From Acanthaster planci (Eukaryota), in contig NW_019091358.1 of the NCBI RefSeq assembly GCF_001949145.1, positions 1,054,961-1,118,960 of the forward strand: a stretch of 64,000 nucleotides of DNA, written 5' to 3'. Position numbers and translations under genes: made by a program. The notes beneath the pieces are model-generated. The model was not told the DNA's origin. It searched no databases and saw only the letters and a program-made list of their open reading frames with translations. Of this stretch, positions 12,801 to 24,800 are shown one piece after another. The stretch's first letter is position 1. Every line of letters begins with the position of its first letter.

Positions 12801-15800
12801 CCAGAAGTTATTCATTTTACACATGTACAGACTTATTTTTCTCATACTTGTGTTTACTGCATTGTCCTGCGGTCAGATCCCGGCACTTGTTTTGCATGTA
12901 CATTGAAAAAAAAAAGCACTTTCAATTACGTGAGTGTGAATGTGACGTCAACCCGTGGCCACCCACTCACATTTTCAGATGTACTTCGCACGAATACCCA
13001 CGCCACGCCTAGGTAGTTAACAAAGGTCTCCCCTGGCCCGTCCTTGGATGTTTCATTCTGTTGGAGACCTTGATTTTTTTCCCGGCTGCCTGCCAAATCA
13101 CTCATGCAATAAATGGGATAGACCTTGACCACATTTAGGTCTATTTAGGTGTTGTGCATAAATTTACAGCGGTGCACATCCGTAAAGTGTTGTTGGAATG
13201 TGTACAAAAGAGCGCAGGCGATTTATTTCATTTCTAATAGGAGTAACAATTACACCATAAAACTCTGCAAGCACAAGATATTTATAACTGACAGTAGCAC
13301 TGAAAGGAAGCCTTGATAGGTCGCTACTCAAGGAGTCCATTTTGTGAATTTTACTTTGGAACTTGTTTTGTGCAACTTTCTTCTTTCAAAATGAAAGAAA
13401 GCTGTTAGGCATCTCCTTTTGGTTACTGTTTTTTTTTTAAACTCCATGCACTTCCTGACCAATGAGGGTACTGTTGATGTGATGTCATTACATGAAGACA
13501 CCGTTTGGTTTTTTTTTTCTTGATATTGTAAACCCAACATCTGCACATATTTGTGAGGAAACATTGCTTATAGGGCTACTAAACTTAAACAACAAGGAAT
13601 CACCAAAGAGAAAAAACATTTGACAGCAAAAGAAATGTCACACTGATTTCTACCTTAGATTTCTCATATTTGCTCATAATTGCATTATATGCAAACTTGT
13701 ATCAGCATGAAATGATAAAAAGCACTAAAATGCCCTTGAAGTGGCACTACGAAAAGTAAAAATCAGATTATATGGAACTCCAGCATTTATAAAACTGCAT
13801 TAAAATTATAATAGTGTAGTTGTAATAGTAATATTAATAATTCTTGACATAGCGTCTTACATTAAAAAGGCTTTACAAAGAGAATCACAGACATAAATAA
13901 AAACCAAATGACAAAATGATTAATATAAACATTAAGAATAATACCTTACAAAAATGAATATCTTGAGTTACATTTTTAAAAATCCAGTTCAATTCACAAT
14001 CACAAAATTGCCCTGCATGGCCAATTAATTGAAGGACCTTTGATGCTACTCTGGGGTCCGATGTCCACCTCGGGAGCAGGGCGGACGTCAAACCTGACAG
14101 TTCTGGGGATTCTTCGATGCCATGTGGCCATGCATAATGTATTCCTAGGAACTGGTAACCAGATCCAGTCAAACATGCCCTACAAGGTTTTTTTGGTTGG
14201 GGTGTTCTGATTTGGTTGGGGTGTTTTTATTTGCCTCAGAAAGAGCAAACTGAGTCCTTTGTTTTGGTGTATCGCTCAGTTTGGCATGCTGATGAGAATT
14301 TGTTCTAGATTCACTCAAAAGCCTGTAACTCAACTCTAGCAACTCATGACTGATAATGTTAGATTAGGTGATATTTTGTGCGTCTCAAAAATATGCAGCA
14401 ATTGACACGGCCTTGGAAAATGATTGTTGGGATTAACATGATTATCCCACCTGTAAGCTTAATTGTCGATGCTTGCAAATATGTCCATGTACACTTCTGG
14501 TCATGTCAATTGGAAAGCAGTCTTGCTTCAGCGGAAACTGGATTCCTCTAACAGAGAAAACCTGACCTGTTTTTGCAGATATGTTTATAGTGATCTAGTT
14601 CACAAAGAACTGATCATGTTAAGATACTTTGCGCCTTGTGCGTGTTCCCATTGCTCTGCAAAATCTGACCTCAAACTTTTGTCACTTTACACATCATCCT
14701 TGAGCATGTTTCTTTCCTTTTTCATTTTTTTTTTGGGGGGGGCCTACTACACAAGCATTTGTTCCGAATCGCTAAATGAAAGAGCTGTTTTTGTAGAATG
14801 ATCAAGTCAACACAAACATGGCAGATCTCAACCGTGGGAACATCTCAACTGTGGGAACAGTTTTCATGAAGAATGCAAAGAGCACATGAAATAAACCTTG
14901 TCCAGCCCAATAGATTTGTAATGGGAATTGGGTTCATTTATACACAGGCTCTTCACGGTGATGATACCTCAGAATCCATCTGATACTTGTTACGAGAGAC
15001 TTTACATCAGGCAGAATTTCACACACACCGTTGAGTACAACACTTTGCCAAAAATACTAATCGTAGCAATCTCTTTGTTGGTGGTTGTTTGTTCACTTAT
15101 TACATCGCGGAGAGCTAGCAAAGGTGGTGCAAACTCTACTCCAACAGGTCACCTTTAGGAGTCATCATTCAAGCGGAAAATCTTTTACACTGTAAAGCAA
15201 GTATGTGGAGCAGTTTGGGTGTTGTGAAAAACGGTGTTGTAGTTGAGACCTCTTAAGACCATCACAAGACCAGCATGAGACCTCCACTCTGAATTCCAGC
15301 CACGCACTGCAGTATTTCAGTGAACTGTAACAAATGCATTCGTTTGTTGTTGTTCACCCCGGTATTTATATTAATGGGTCTCATGAATGGTCTTGTGTCT
15401 GGTCTTGTGTCTGGTCTTGTGTCTGGTCTTGTGTCTGGTCTTGTGTCTCGTCTTGTGTCATGTCTTGTTTCTGGTCTTGTTATGGTCTCGACTACAACGC
15501 TGGGGAAAAACTTAAATGCCCGCCTGCATGTACAAGTAAAAAGGATGCCTGGTTATCGTCAAACAGCACAGAGACAAGGTAGTCTGTTACCAAAACGTGT
15601 TTGTTAATGGTATCCTAATTCTGATTTATACAAATGTGTTCATTCTTTTGGGTTTTTTTTACATTGGAATTACTCATTGTAGATGGTGTTTAACTACCAG
15701 CCTAGTGATGTGTACGCCTGTGTAGCAGATATCGGCTGGATCACAGGCCACACCTATGTAGTCTACGGTCCACTAAGCAATGGGGCTACCACTGTCCTGT

Positions 15801-18800
15801 TCGAGAGCACGCCGACCTACCCTGATCCAGGTATTATCATCTCTTCAATCTGTGCCTGGGTGTGTTTGAGCTAGGCAGATATGCTTTTCAATCAATGAAG
15901 TGGCTTCTGGGAGCTTGCTTAAATACCTTGATTTGGGCATTTTGCATTTCACTGAATTCTTCTGTATCTGATCGAGGGTTCACTGGTGTACCCCGATCCT
16001 GGTACGAGTACATGCACACAGTGTTGTTCTTCACAGATAATGCTTGAATGTATATTTGAGGGTACCCCAGCATACCCTGATCCAGGTATTATACTTTCCA
16101 ATCAGTTATTGGGCATCAGTGATGATTGTCCACCTCCGGACATCATGCATTTTCCCACTTTATTGGATTCTGTGCTAAACTGTGGCCTCTTTGGTAAAAA
16201 CTGCACCGTGGCTGTGCCCAAATGTAACAGCTATGGCCAGAAATATATGTAATATTTGCTCCCAAAGAAGCCACTGGCTACACACTAGCCGCTTCCCTTG
16301 GATATGAGCCTTGGTTTTGAGTCGAGCCAGGGTTTCATCTAGGACTAAAATATCTGCCTGTCATATCTAAAATGTTAAAAACTGCCTGTCCACTCCCAGC
16401 AAAATTTGTGTAATGGATCTCGAAATGGAAACTTGACGTAGCTTTGTTGAGAGCAGAGCCTCTCACATAAGGTCCTGCAGACTTTGTTGGGAGGAGAAAC
16501 TTCTTAGAAATGAATACGTTTACGACATGACGTCACACTTTGTTTACATGCGTGCTTTCCTGTGGCAGTGAGGTTAGACTAGATCCATCGAGCCAAATAG
16601 GAAAGCATACATGTAAAGAAAACATGATGTCATTATGTTATAGGTCTGTTGGATTTACCGATATCATGCCCCGGGGGGGGGAGATTTCCCCAGAAAGTTC
16701 CCCTCCGAATCTGACCTCCAGGGATTCAACAAAGTTTGGAGGATCCATCCAAACGAACCAGCTGTGCTGATGCTGTGGAAAATGTTTTGCAGGTCGGTAC
16801 TGGGAGATGGTTGAAAGGTTGAAGTTGAACCAGTTCTACGGCGCCCCTACAGCCATTCGACTCCTCCTCAAGTTTGATTCTTCCTACGTCACCAAATATG
16901 ACCGTTCCACGCTCAAGACGCTTGGCTGCGGTATGTAGTCGGTGATGCAAAAGTGACCCCATTCTGCCAAAAAGATATGACCCTGTACGTTTTCGGTTCT
17001 TGCTGACATTAAAAATCCATGCTTGTTCCATGCTCTTTGTTATTTCTATTTTTTTCCCCTTAAAAATAATGGTTGTTTAACAATAAAATAAAATGCAGAT
17101 AATATGTGGTATGCCTGTTAAAATCAGGACCTTTAAATTCTAAGACATGAAACAAAACGATAAGCATAAAATAAGCAAGCATGAAAAATTAAAACCCCAT
17201 TTAAGATCTTGTGAACTGTCCTGTGTCATGGTCACTAACCAGAAAACACTGATAACTGTAAACAAACCCTAAGGTAAACATGTAAAATGTCAAGGAAAAT
17301 TGATTTGTATCCATGTTCCATTGAAATGGTAACTTACCACCCATTTGTTCTTACTCTCACCTGACTGTATGCAAGTTAGCAATACAAATGTTAATTTTTA
17401 TGAATTGTTTTTGAGTTTGGGTTTGGGGGGTTTCTTTTGAGGACACAAGTTCGCAATCTTTTTCTCTGTCTCCTTTCTTTGTCCAGTTGGTGAGCCGCTC
17501 AACCATGAGGCTTGGGAATGGTACAATGACATAGTAGGAGAAGGAAGGTGCTCTCTAGCAGACACATGGTGGCAAACAGGTGACAACATATTTGTTTTCC
17601 TAAAGTTGGGGGCATTTCTTTCTTAACATTAGGAATACTTGTAAACAACAGAATCTTTTCAACTTTACATTTGCACCCACCTCCAGAAGTTGCTAAGCGT
17701 GAAGTTTCCAAATAATGGATGGAATCCATTTTGCAAATTAAATTTGAATAAAATTTGGTGCACTGGGTTCTTTAAATTCAGGTGAACATTACAATTTGAA
17801 TTCTTCGTAGTAAAGACACTTGTTGTACCTCGTGATCTGGGCCAAGCTTTTGCTTAGTTACAGAAGACAAACCTTGCACCAATACTTTGTTTTCAATAAA
17901 TAAGAAGGGCACAGAGGAACCAGTCATTTCCAGAGATGGTGGTCGCTATGCAAAAGTTTGCCCCCGAACCACGAGGTATATCAACAGTGTCTTTAGTCTG
18001 GGGAATTCAAATTAATTTTGGATTTTTTTTGCCCTGCCTGACGTGTATTTTAACACTGTATACTCAGTGTTTGCCCCCCGGAGGCTTTTGAAGAAAACCA
18101 CAAGCCTACTCAGGTGGGGCTTGAACCCACAACCCCCTGCTTACTATTTCAGACATCTTAACCACTCAACCACCGAGCATGTGGGTGTCAGCTGGCTGGT
18201 TTGAGTCAGATGTAGCAGCGGGTACAGCGAACAACTGATTTCAAGGATGGATTTGCGCCAAGGAGATGTTAATTAATTTTGGATTTTTTTGCCCTGCCTG
18301 ACGCGTTGTATAACACTGTATACTCAGTGTAGGAAGTTGTGGGTTCGAGTCCCACCCGAGTACGCTTGTGGTTTTTTTTTTCACAAGCCTTCGGGGGCAA
18401 ACACTGCGTTTACAGTGTTATAATACACATCAGGCAGGGCACAAAAATCCAAATTAATTAACATCTCCCTGGCGCAAATCCATCCTTGAAAACAGGAATT
18501 CAAATTGTTATGTTTATGTTCAATCAGATAACTCAGTGTACAAGATTTTATTCAAATTTAACTTGCAAGAATCGTATTGTTTACTCAGTTATTGAAGGTA
18601 GAGGTATTTGAGAATAGGTTATTAGTTTGATTGAGAGAGAGTCAGGTCCCAGTTCTGAAAGAAAGTGGCAGTCGAAGTCTAAGCTCTGCACCTGTTGACT
18701 TCGGCGCAGACACCTGATGTGGCTGTCTCGTGCAGTTGACGCTGGCATGGGTACAGGGGCAAGCTGAACTTGAAAGTGAACCCCTTGGTGTTAGGCTGTC

Positions 18801-21800
18801 CAGGGTGATTTTGATGATCAGACTCTCAAATGACTGAAGTGAAGGGGCATAGCGAGAAGATTCCACAGTGGGATTTTCCTGGGATGCATTGTGCTTTGAG
18901 GACAGATTTTGCTGGAAGAAATGTATTCAGCTAGTCAGGAACTAGGCTGATGGAGTGCAAGGTCACTTCTTCGATTTGAAGGGCACACATGTTTTAAAGA
19001 AGATTCACTCAGCCTCTTAAACTGAACAGACACATAAGCCAAAGACGTAATAAAAGCCATGAAAAACGGTTCCTTCATCATAGTTCTCCCCTTGTTACAT
19101 GTACATCAGTACTTGAGACCAGCCATGTGATGTACATGTACTTAGGATTGACTAGGTGTTGTGTCCAGAGCATAGGGAACTCAGGCTGAAAGTTGGCAAT
19201 ATCTTAAGTATAGGGAACTCTCTGGAATTTGCACCTGCCGATGACCACAATGGCTATATTTGTATCTGCCCACAGAGACTGGAGGCATTATGATCACTCC
19301 CCGCCCATCCAGCCCTGGGGCTGAGATCCACCACGGTCCAATGACGCCATTCCTTGGTATTGAGCCTGTTCTCATGAGCGACACAGTAAGAAATTCCCAT
19401 CTTCTTATCCCGTTTGCCATCCATGGTTGTTCCCCTCAAAAATGACCCCAACGCCCCATGATGCATGTGGTACACTCACGGCACATTAAAGGAATGGACA
19501 CTCTGATTAATGTTTTGCCGTGTGCTTGCAATCAAACACAAAATAATATGAGAGTGTTTCTGCCTCTTGGACCACAAACATCGTCCCATTCATGTAGCAT
19601 TTCAGAAAAACTAGGATAACCCCCCCCCCCGGAAAATTTAATCTAATTTATAGCAGAAAGGACACCATTCCCGTCCCCCTGGGAATGAGTATTGGGTTTT
19701 AATATGGTTGAACATAACAGGCATCTTAAATTCTAATCCTTGCTCATCATTCATTATTAACTTAGTTTATTAAAGGTTGTGTTGGAGTAGCTCACCTAGG
19801 TCGACACAAGTTAGCTGTGAGCTGGCGTACTCTAGGCCTACACAGGTCAGCCACTGGAAGCCTGGTTCCTGGAGTATAGTCAGTTATAGACTTGTGTGTA
19901 CATTGCTCACACGCATATTCTAGCCTAAAGCAAAGACCTAGCCAAGTGGGAAAGACCTTTTGCTTTGTTTACAAACACGGACCCTCGTGTTATGGTCAGC
20001 CTCTGAAGTTCGCATGAAGTTTGCCCTTGGTGGGTAATAGTTTTCATCTGGAAATGCACATTTACCTCAGTAGTGTTAAAAAGTGAGCAAATCTCATTAA
20101 AAACTCATGTTTATTATTTGGAGTTCAAACAGCTTCCTTTTTTACACTTCGGGAATTGTTCTGCCAGTTTTGTATTGATGGCCGGCCATAATGAGTCAAC
20201 CAAATACTGTGGATGTGACATAGCAAAGAAAAGTCAATCTCACTGAATGAATGAATGACCTCTGAAGCGTTTAATTAGCACTTCCCCCACACACACTTGT
20301 AGTGGCCAACCTCTGTCCCTTTGCCGCAGTCTGTCTGGGTGAACTGCTCAAATACACCCACTGTTCTCTCTGTTCTTGATAGGAGATGGTAGTAGAAATG
20401 GAGTCTCTGGGAAGAAAAGAATGGAACTTGTTCTCGTCCGGGGAAGGGGGGTAGATCGACAGATTCATCAGACACAAGATGGCTGTGTACTAAGGGGGGT
20501 AACCCTTCCTCGTTAATTGCCGTAGCATGTTGCCAAATGTCCCCCCAAAATTGCCCCATAACTGAACATTGGCACAACAGTATCCACCTCACATCCAACA
20601 CACCGAACCTGTCTTAGAGATCTTTGGTGCTTGCGGGGTCCCCCTTGCACATGTACATGTACTCGACACGATCACGTTTCCATTACATCTGTTATACATG
20701 ATTGCATTTCCATTACTTCATTCATTTTCGTGCATTGCTTGGATGGGCCTGGAACTACCCTTCATCTCCATCACATACATGTGTCTCATCACCAGGATCA
20801 TGTAAGTATCCACACTACCTCATGATATCAGCTCTAAACACTGGTGTGGATGGCTGAAGATGTTTTGGAACTATGATGATTTTAAGAACTACTGCAGGAG
20901 AAAACTGTAGGATGTTAGGCCACAAATGTAACAAAACAGTGGTCCTTTTGTTTGTTTTGTTTGTAATTTTTCATATATCGTCACTGTTTTTGGAAAAAAG
21001 ACAAAGTGGCACAGAAGCATGATTTTTTTCAAATTTCTTTTTTTTTTCAAAATAAACCAGGCTATGTAATACCCACAACCTGGTGTAGTCGTTTTTTTTT
21101 ATCAGATCTACTGAAACCAGCCAAATCATGATGGTCGCCATGGGGCAAAGTTCACTTAAACTGCATTTTCTGTTTTCACAGAGACAAAAGTTGTCTTCCA
21201 TAGGTTAGCAAGAAAGGGCAAAACCACGGGCAAACCTTGTTTTACCACTTTCACAAAGAGACAAAGTTGATTCCAGAAATGTATAAAAATCTAACTATTT
21301 TGCACCTGGCATGCACTTGTGTACTGCGCGTGCCGTTTTCATGAAGAGACAAAAGTCACACAAATTTTAGCATTATCACAAACCGACAAAGGTGTTTGTT
21401 TACAAAATAAACAAATTTAATTGATTTCCACGAATGTTGTTTTGTAGTTTTGTGTCATTTAAGATCCCTTCTTTCAGGAAGTAGTTAAGTCAAAAAACAG
21501 CTATGTACTGGAGAAAGAAGCCATTTAAAAAGAGACCAACTTCAAATGCGATTTTCTCGAAAGCTAGTTTTCTATCTGTGGTTAGACTTTTGTCTCTTCA
21601 TGAAAAACAGTGACAGTTTGTCTTACTGATTAAAAATTTATTAAAGAAAAAAGGAAAACTGACTAACTGTGCTTTGTAATGTACTTAGAACATTGGGGTC
21701 AGATATTATCAGTACTTTGTTTGTGATGTCTTCAGACAGTAGAGATGACTGGGAATAGTGTATCTGGTGCCCTGTGTGTCAGACGGCCCTGGCCAGGTAT

Positions 21801-24800
21801 AGCTCGGACCATCTACGGCAACCACCAGCGATACATTGAGACTTACTTCAAACCATACACAGGTATATCAGATGCAGTTGACACACATTTGCTGCAACAG
21901 AACTTGACCCCATTTCATGGACCTGTCAAGCGGAAAATATTGCTCCCTCCCTCCCCCCCCAAAAAAGCAGGGGACTTGTCTCTCGCTGTGCGCATCTTAG
22001 GACATCTTGGCTGGTAACCCGGATTTACCAGTCAAGTCCTTCCTGGGCTTGGCACAGTTCTGTGCTGTGGCGTTGGCCCCTGGATTTACAGGCAGGTCTT
22101 AGCTTCTGTTTCCCCTTGAAATGTCGCAAAGACGCCTGCAGGCTCACCATAACAGTCCAGTAGACTAGTCTAACCGAGGTCGTGACTACACGATCATCTG
22201 TGGTCACATTACCGAACTGTAGAGGACAACTTCCCTTTGTCATACCTGCCAACTTTGTGGAATAAAAAATAGTAATGGAGCAAAATCATGTGTTACATCA
22301 GAAGTATTTGCAATAAATGTGCACCGTGTCGCCCTATACAACACTGATAAGTGCACCTGACCTGGTGTCAAATTAGAGGCAGGTACATGTACATGACAGA
22401 CGTGTGTGCATGTCCCTCTAAATGACATTCTGAAGGGTGCCGTCTGCAATACATTCCCAAGAATACATGTACCTAGTAAATGCTAATGATACTAGTACAA
22501 AATTTAGTCAGCTTTTCACCGGACTGGACTGCATTGCTATGGGTTTCGTGCTTTTTAAATTCCACCTGTTTCTTCACATCATGAAGTCCTCTGTAGGACA
22601 CATTGAAGTCTCCTTGACAAAATGTACAAGCGTGTAGTGTTCTCCGACTTTTGAAGAAACAATCAGTGGGTACTTGTTTGAGTATTCAGCCCGGAATTTC
22701 TGCAGTACGCGCTGTTTTTGTGGCATTTTGTTTACTTCTTTCTCAGCACACTGTCGGGACCTTGATCGCGTTGATGCGAAGCTGCGCACATGCACACTTG
22801 CACTAGCACTTCATGTACATGTATCTTCGGATCGCTTGTGCCGTGAAACATTGGTAACTGTTTTTTTTTAAAGGAGCGGTTACTTCAGGGCACCCACAAA
22901 ACGTGGAAGCACTTGGTGAATCTTTGGATCCTCGGTCAAACTAGAATGCTGGTGACCGTCATTTTGAGTGTGTTAAGTCCTAGGCCTGGGCATTGATGAT
23001 GTCATTAAGATGGCATCGGTTCAACAGTTGGCGCTTATACTGTACGTGCATGACGCACGGCCCGAGTAAATTATGCGCAACAAAAAGACGGAGAAATAAT
23101 CGGCTCACCACACACTTCTGGTTTATAATAAAATCACTGTATTTAATCATCAGAGTAAATGATTTTGCAGAAATTAGCAGTGTAGGGCGATGAATTCGTA
23201 AGTCTTAATGGAGCTCATATTTTTGTCACAATTCCACCAAATTTGGAATGTTTAGCAGGTATGCTTTGCTTTCATGCAGTCAAAGTGTAGCTGCAATGAA
23301 TTTTTTCTTACACACAATTTTTTTCTTCAACTGTGTATTCTTCTTCAATGTATGAACACTCATTTACATTCCCATGTGTAAATGCGTTGAAAAGTGCACT
23401 TTTTTAAACAAAAGTATCAATGCTTTCCCAGGCAACAGGGGGCGCTGTTGCTGTGAAGTCATCTGGGGAAGACATGGTTCAGTGCATTGGTGTTTCTGAG
23501 AGGGACTGATGCCTTCTTTTTACTATGCACATAAACAACAATGAATCAGCAAAGAAGAGAAAACTGAGTCCAGGAAAAGCTAGAAAATTGCAGGGCATTT
23601 CAGTGTTCAAACCAGTGTAGCATTGGGACTTTCTTCATGAGATGACATCACAGTTTTGCTCATATATGGAATACATGGTTGGTTGGTTGGTTGGTTGGTT
23701 GCTTGGTTGGTTGGTTGCTTGATTGCTTGCTTGCTTGCTTGCTTGCTTGGTTGCTTGCTTGGTTGCTTGCTTGATTGCTTGCTTGCTTGCTTGCTTGCTT
23801 GGTTACTTGCTTGGTTGCTTGCTTGGTTGCTTGCTTGGTTGCTTGCTTGGTTGCTTGCTTGGTTGCTNNNNNNNNNNNNNNNNNNNNNNNNNNNNNNNNN
23901 NNNNNNNNNNNNNCTTGGTTGCTTGGTTGCTTGCTTGCTTGGTTGCTTGGTTGGTTGCTTGCTTGGTTGCTTGCTTGCTTGGTTGCTTGCTTGGTTGCTT
24001 GGTTGCTTGCTTGGTTGCTTGCTTGGTTGCTTGGTTGGACTGATCCTCTCTATTCCGCTTCACATATTTCAAAACTGCAAAATGCCACTAAAACACTTTT
24101 TTCAGAGACGGATAAACCTTGTGTGGACTTGGCAGAGTCCACACAAGGTCCACACCACCTACATTACGTGGACCTGTGTTGGTTCTCTGGTCCTCACAGG
24201 GATAGCAACATTGGTCATATGAGTGCTGATCCAGTTGTGGGAAATTACACTTCTTGATCAGACTAGAGAGCATCTTCGCTAGTTTCATGTTGTTGTTTGT
24301 GATTTGGGTTCTTCAGGTGTCTATTTCAGTGGTGACGGGGCCCATCGTGATAGGCGCGGCCATTACCATATTACCGGTCGCATGGATGATGTCATTAATG
24401 TCAGTGGTCATCGCATAGGAACTGCAGAGATTGAGGACGCTATGGTAAGTTTCCCCATGGATTATCACTAGCTAATTGTGACCAGTAAGACTTTAGTCGA
24501 GTTTCATGGCTCAGGTCAAGACAGAAGGCATTGTACAAATCCAGACTGGGTACTAGTGTATCTAGTGACACACTTCTACGGAATGAAGAAATGTCAAATG
24601 TCATATTTTCGTGTAGTGCTTTTTTTTAACACTAGGTGCCTGTCATGACGACGTGCTGAAAGTCTGAAAGCTCCAAATTTGCCAACCATTCACAGGTTCT
24701 TTTAACACACAGTACATTCCCCCATTACAGGATGAACACCCAGCTGTAGCAGAGACAGCAGTGGTTGGTTTCCCCCATGACATCAAAGGAGAAGGTGAGG

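Noticed and set aside
14289..14325. Hammerhead-like CTGATGAG...CTCAAAAGC
   Set aside because: The required GAAA reads AAAA, and helices I/III and a cleavage triplet could not be assembled; at best a dead remnant.
15320..15607. GLVS / WSCV repeat ORFs
   Set aside because: Translation of the 12-bp tandem array inside a hAT MITE.
20280..20820. Possible LINE remnant on the minus strand ([12 protein letters not shown])
   Set aside because: Too degenerate to support without a profile search; the same applies to 36760-37130.
23656..24257. Hydrophobic LLAW/LVAC and reverse QPSK/QATK ORFs
   Set aside because: Translations of a tetranucleotide microsatellite across an N gap.
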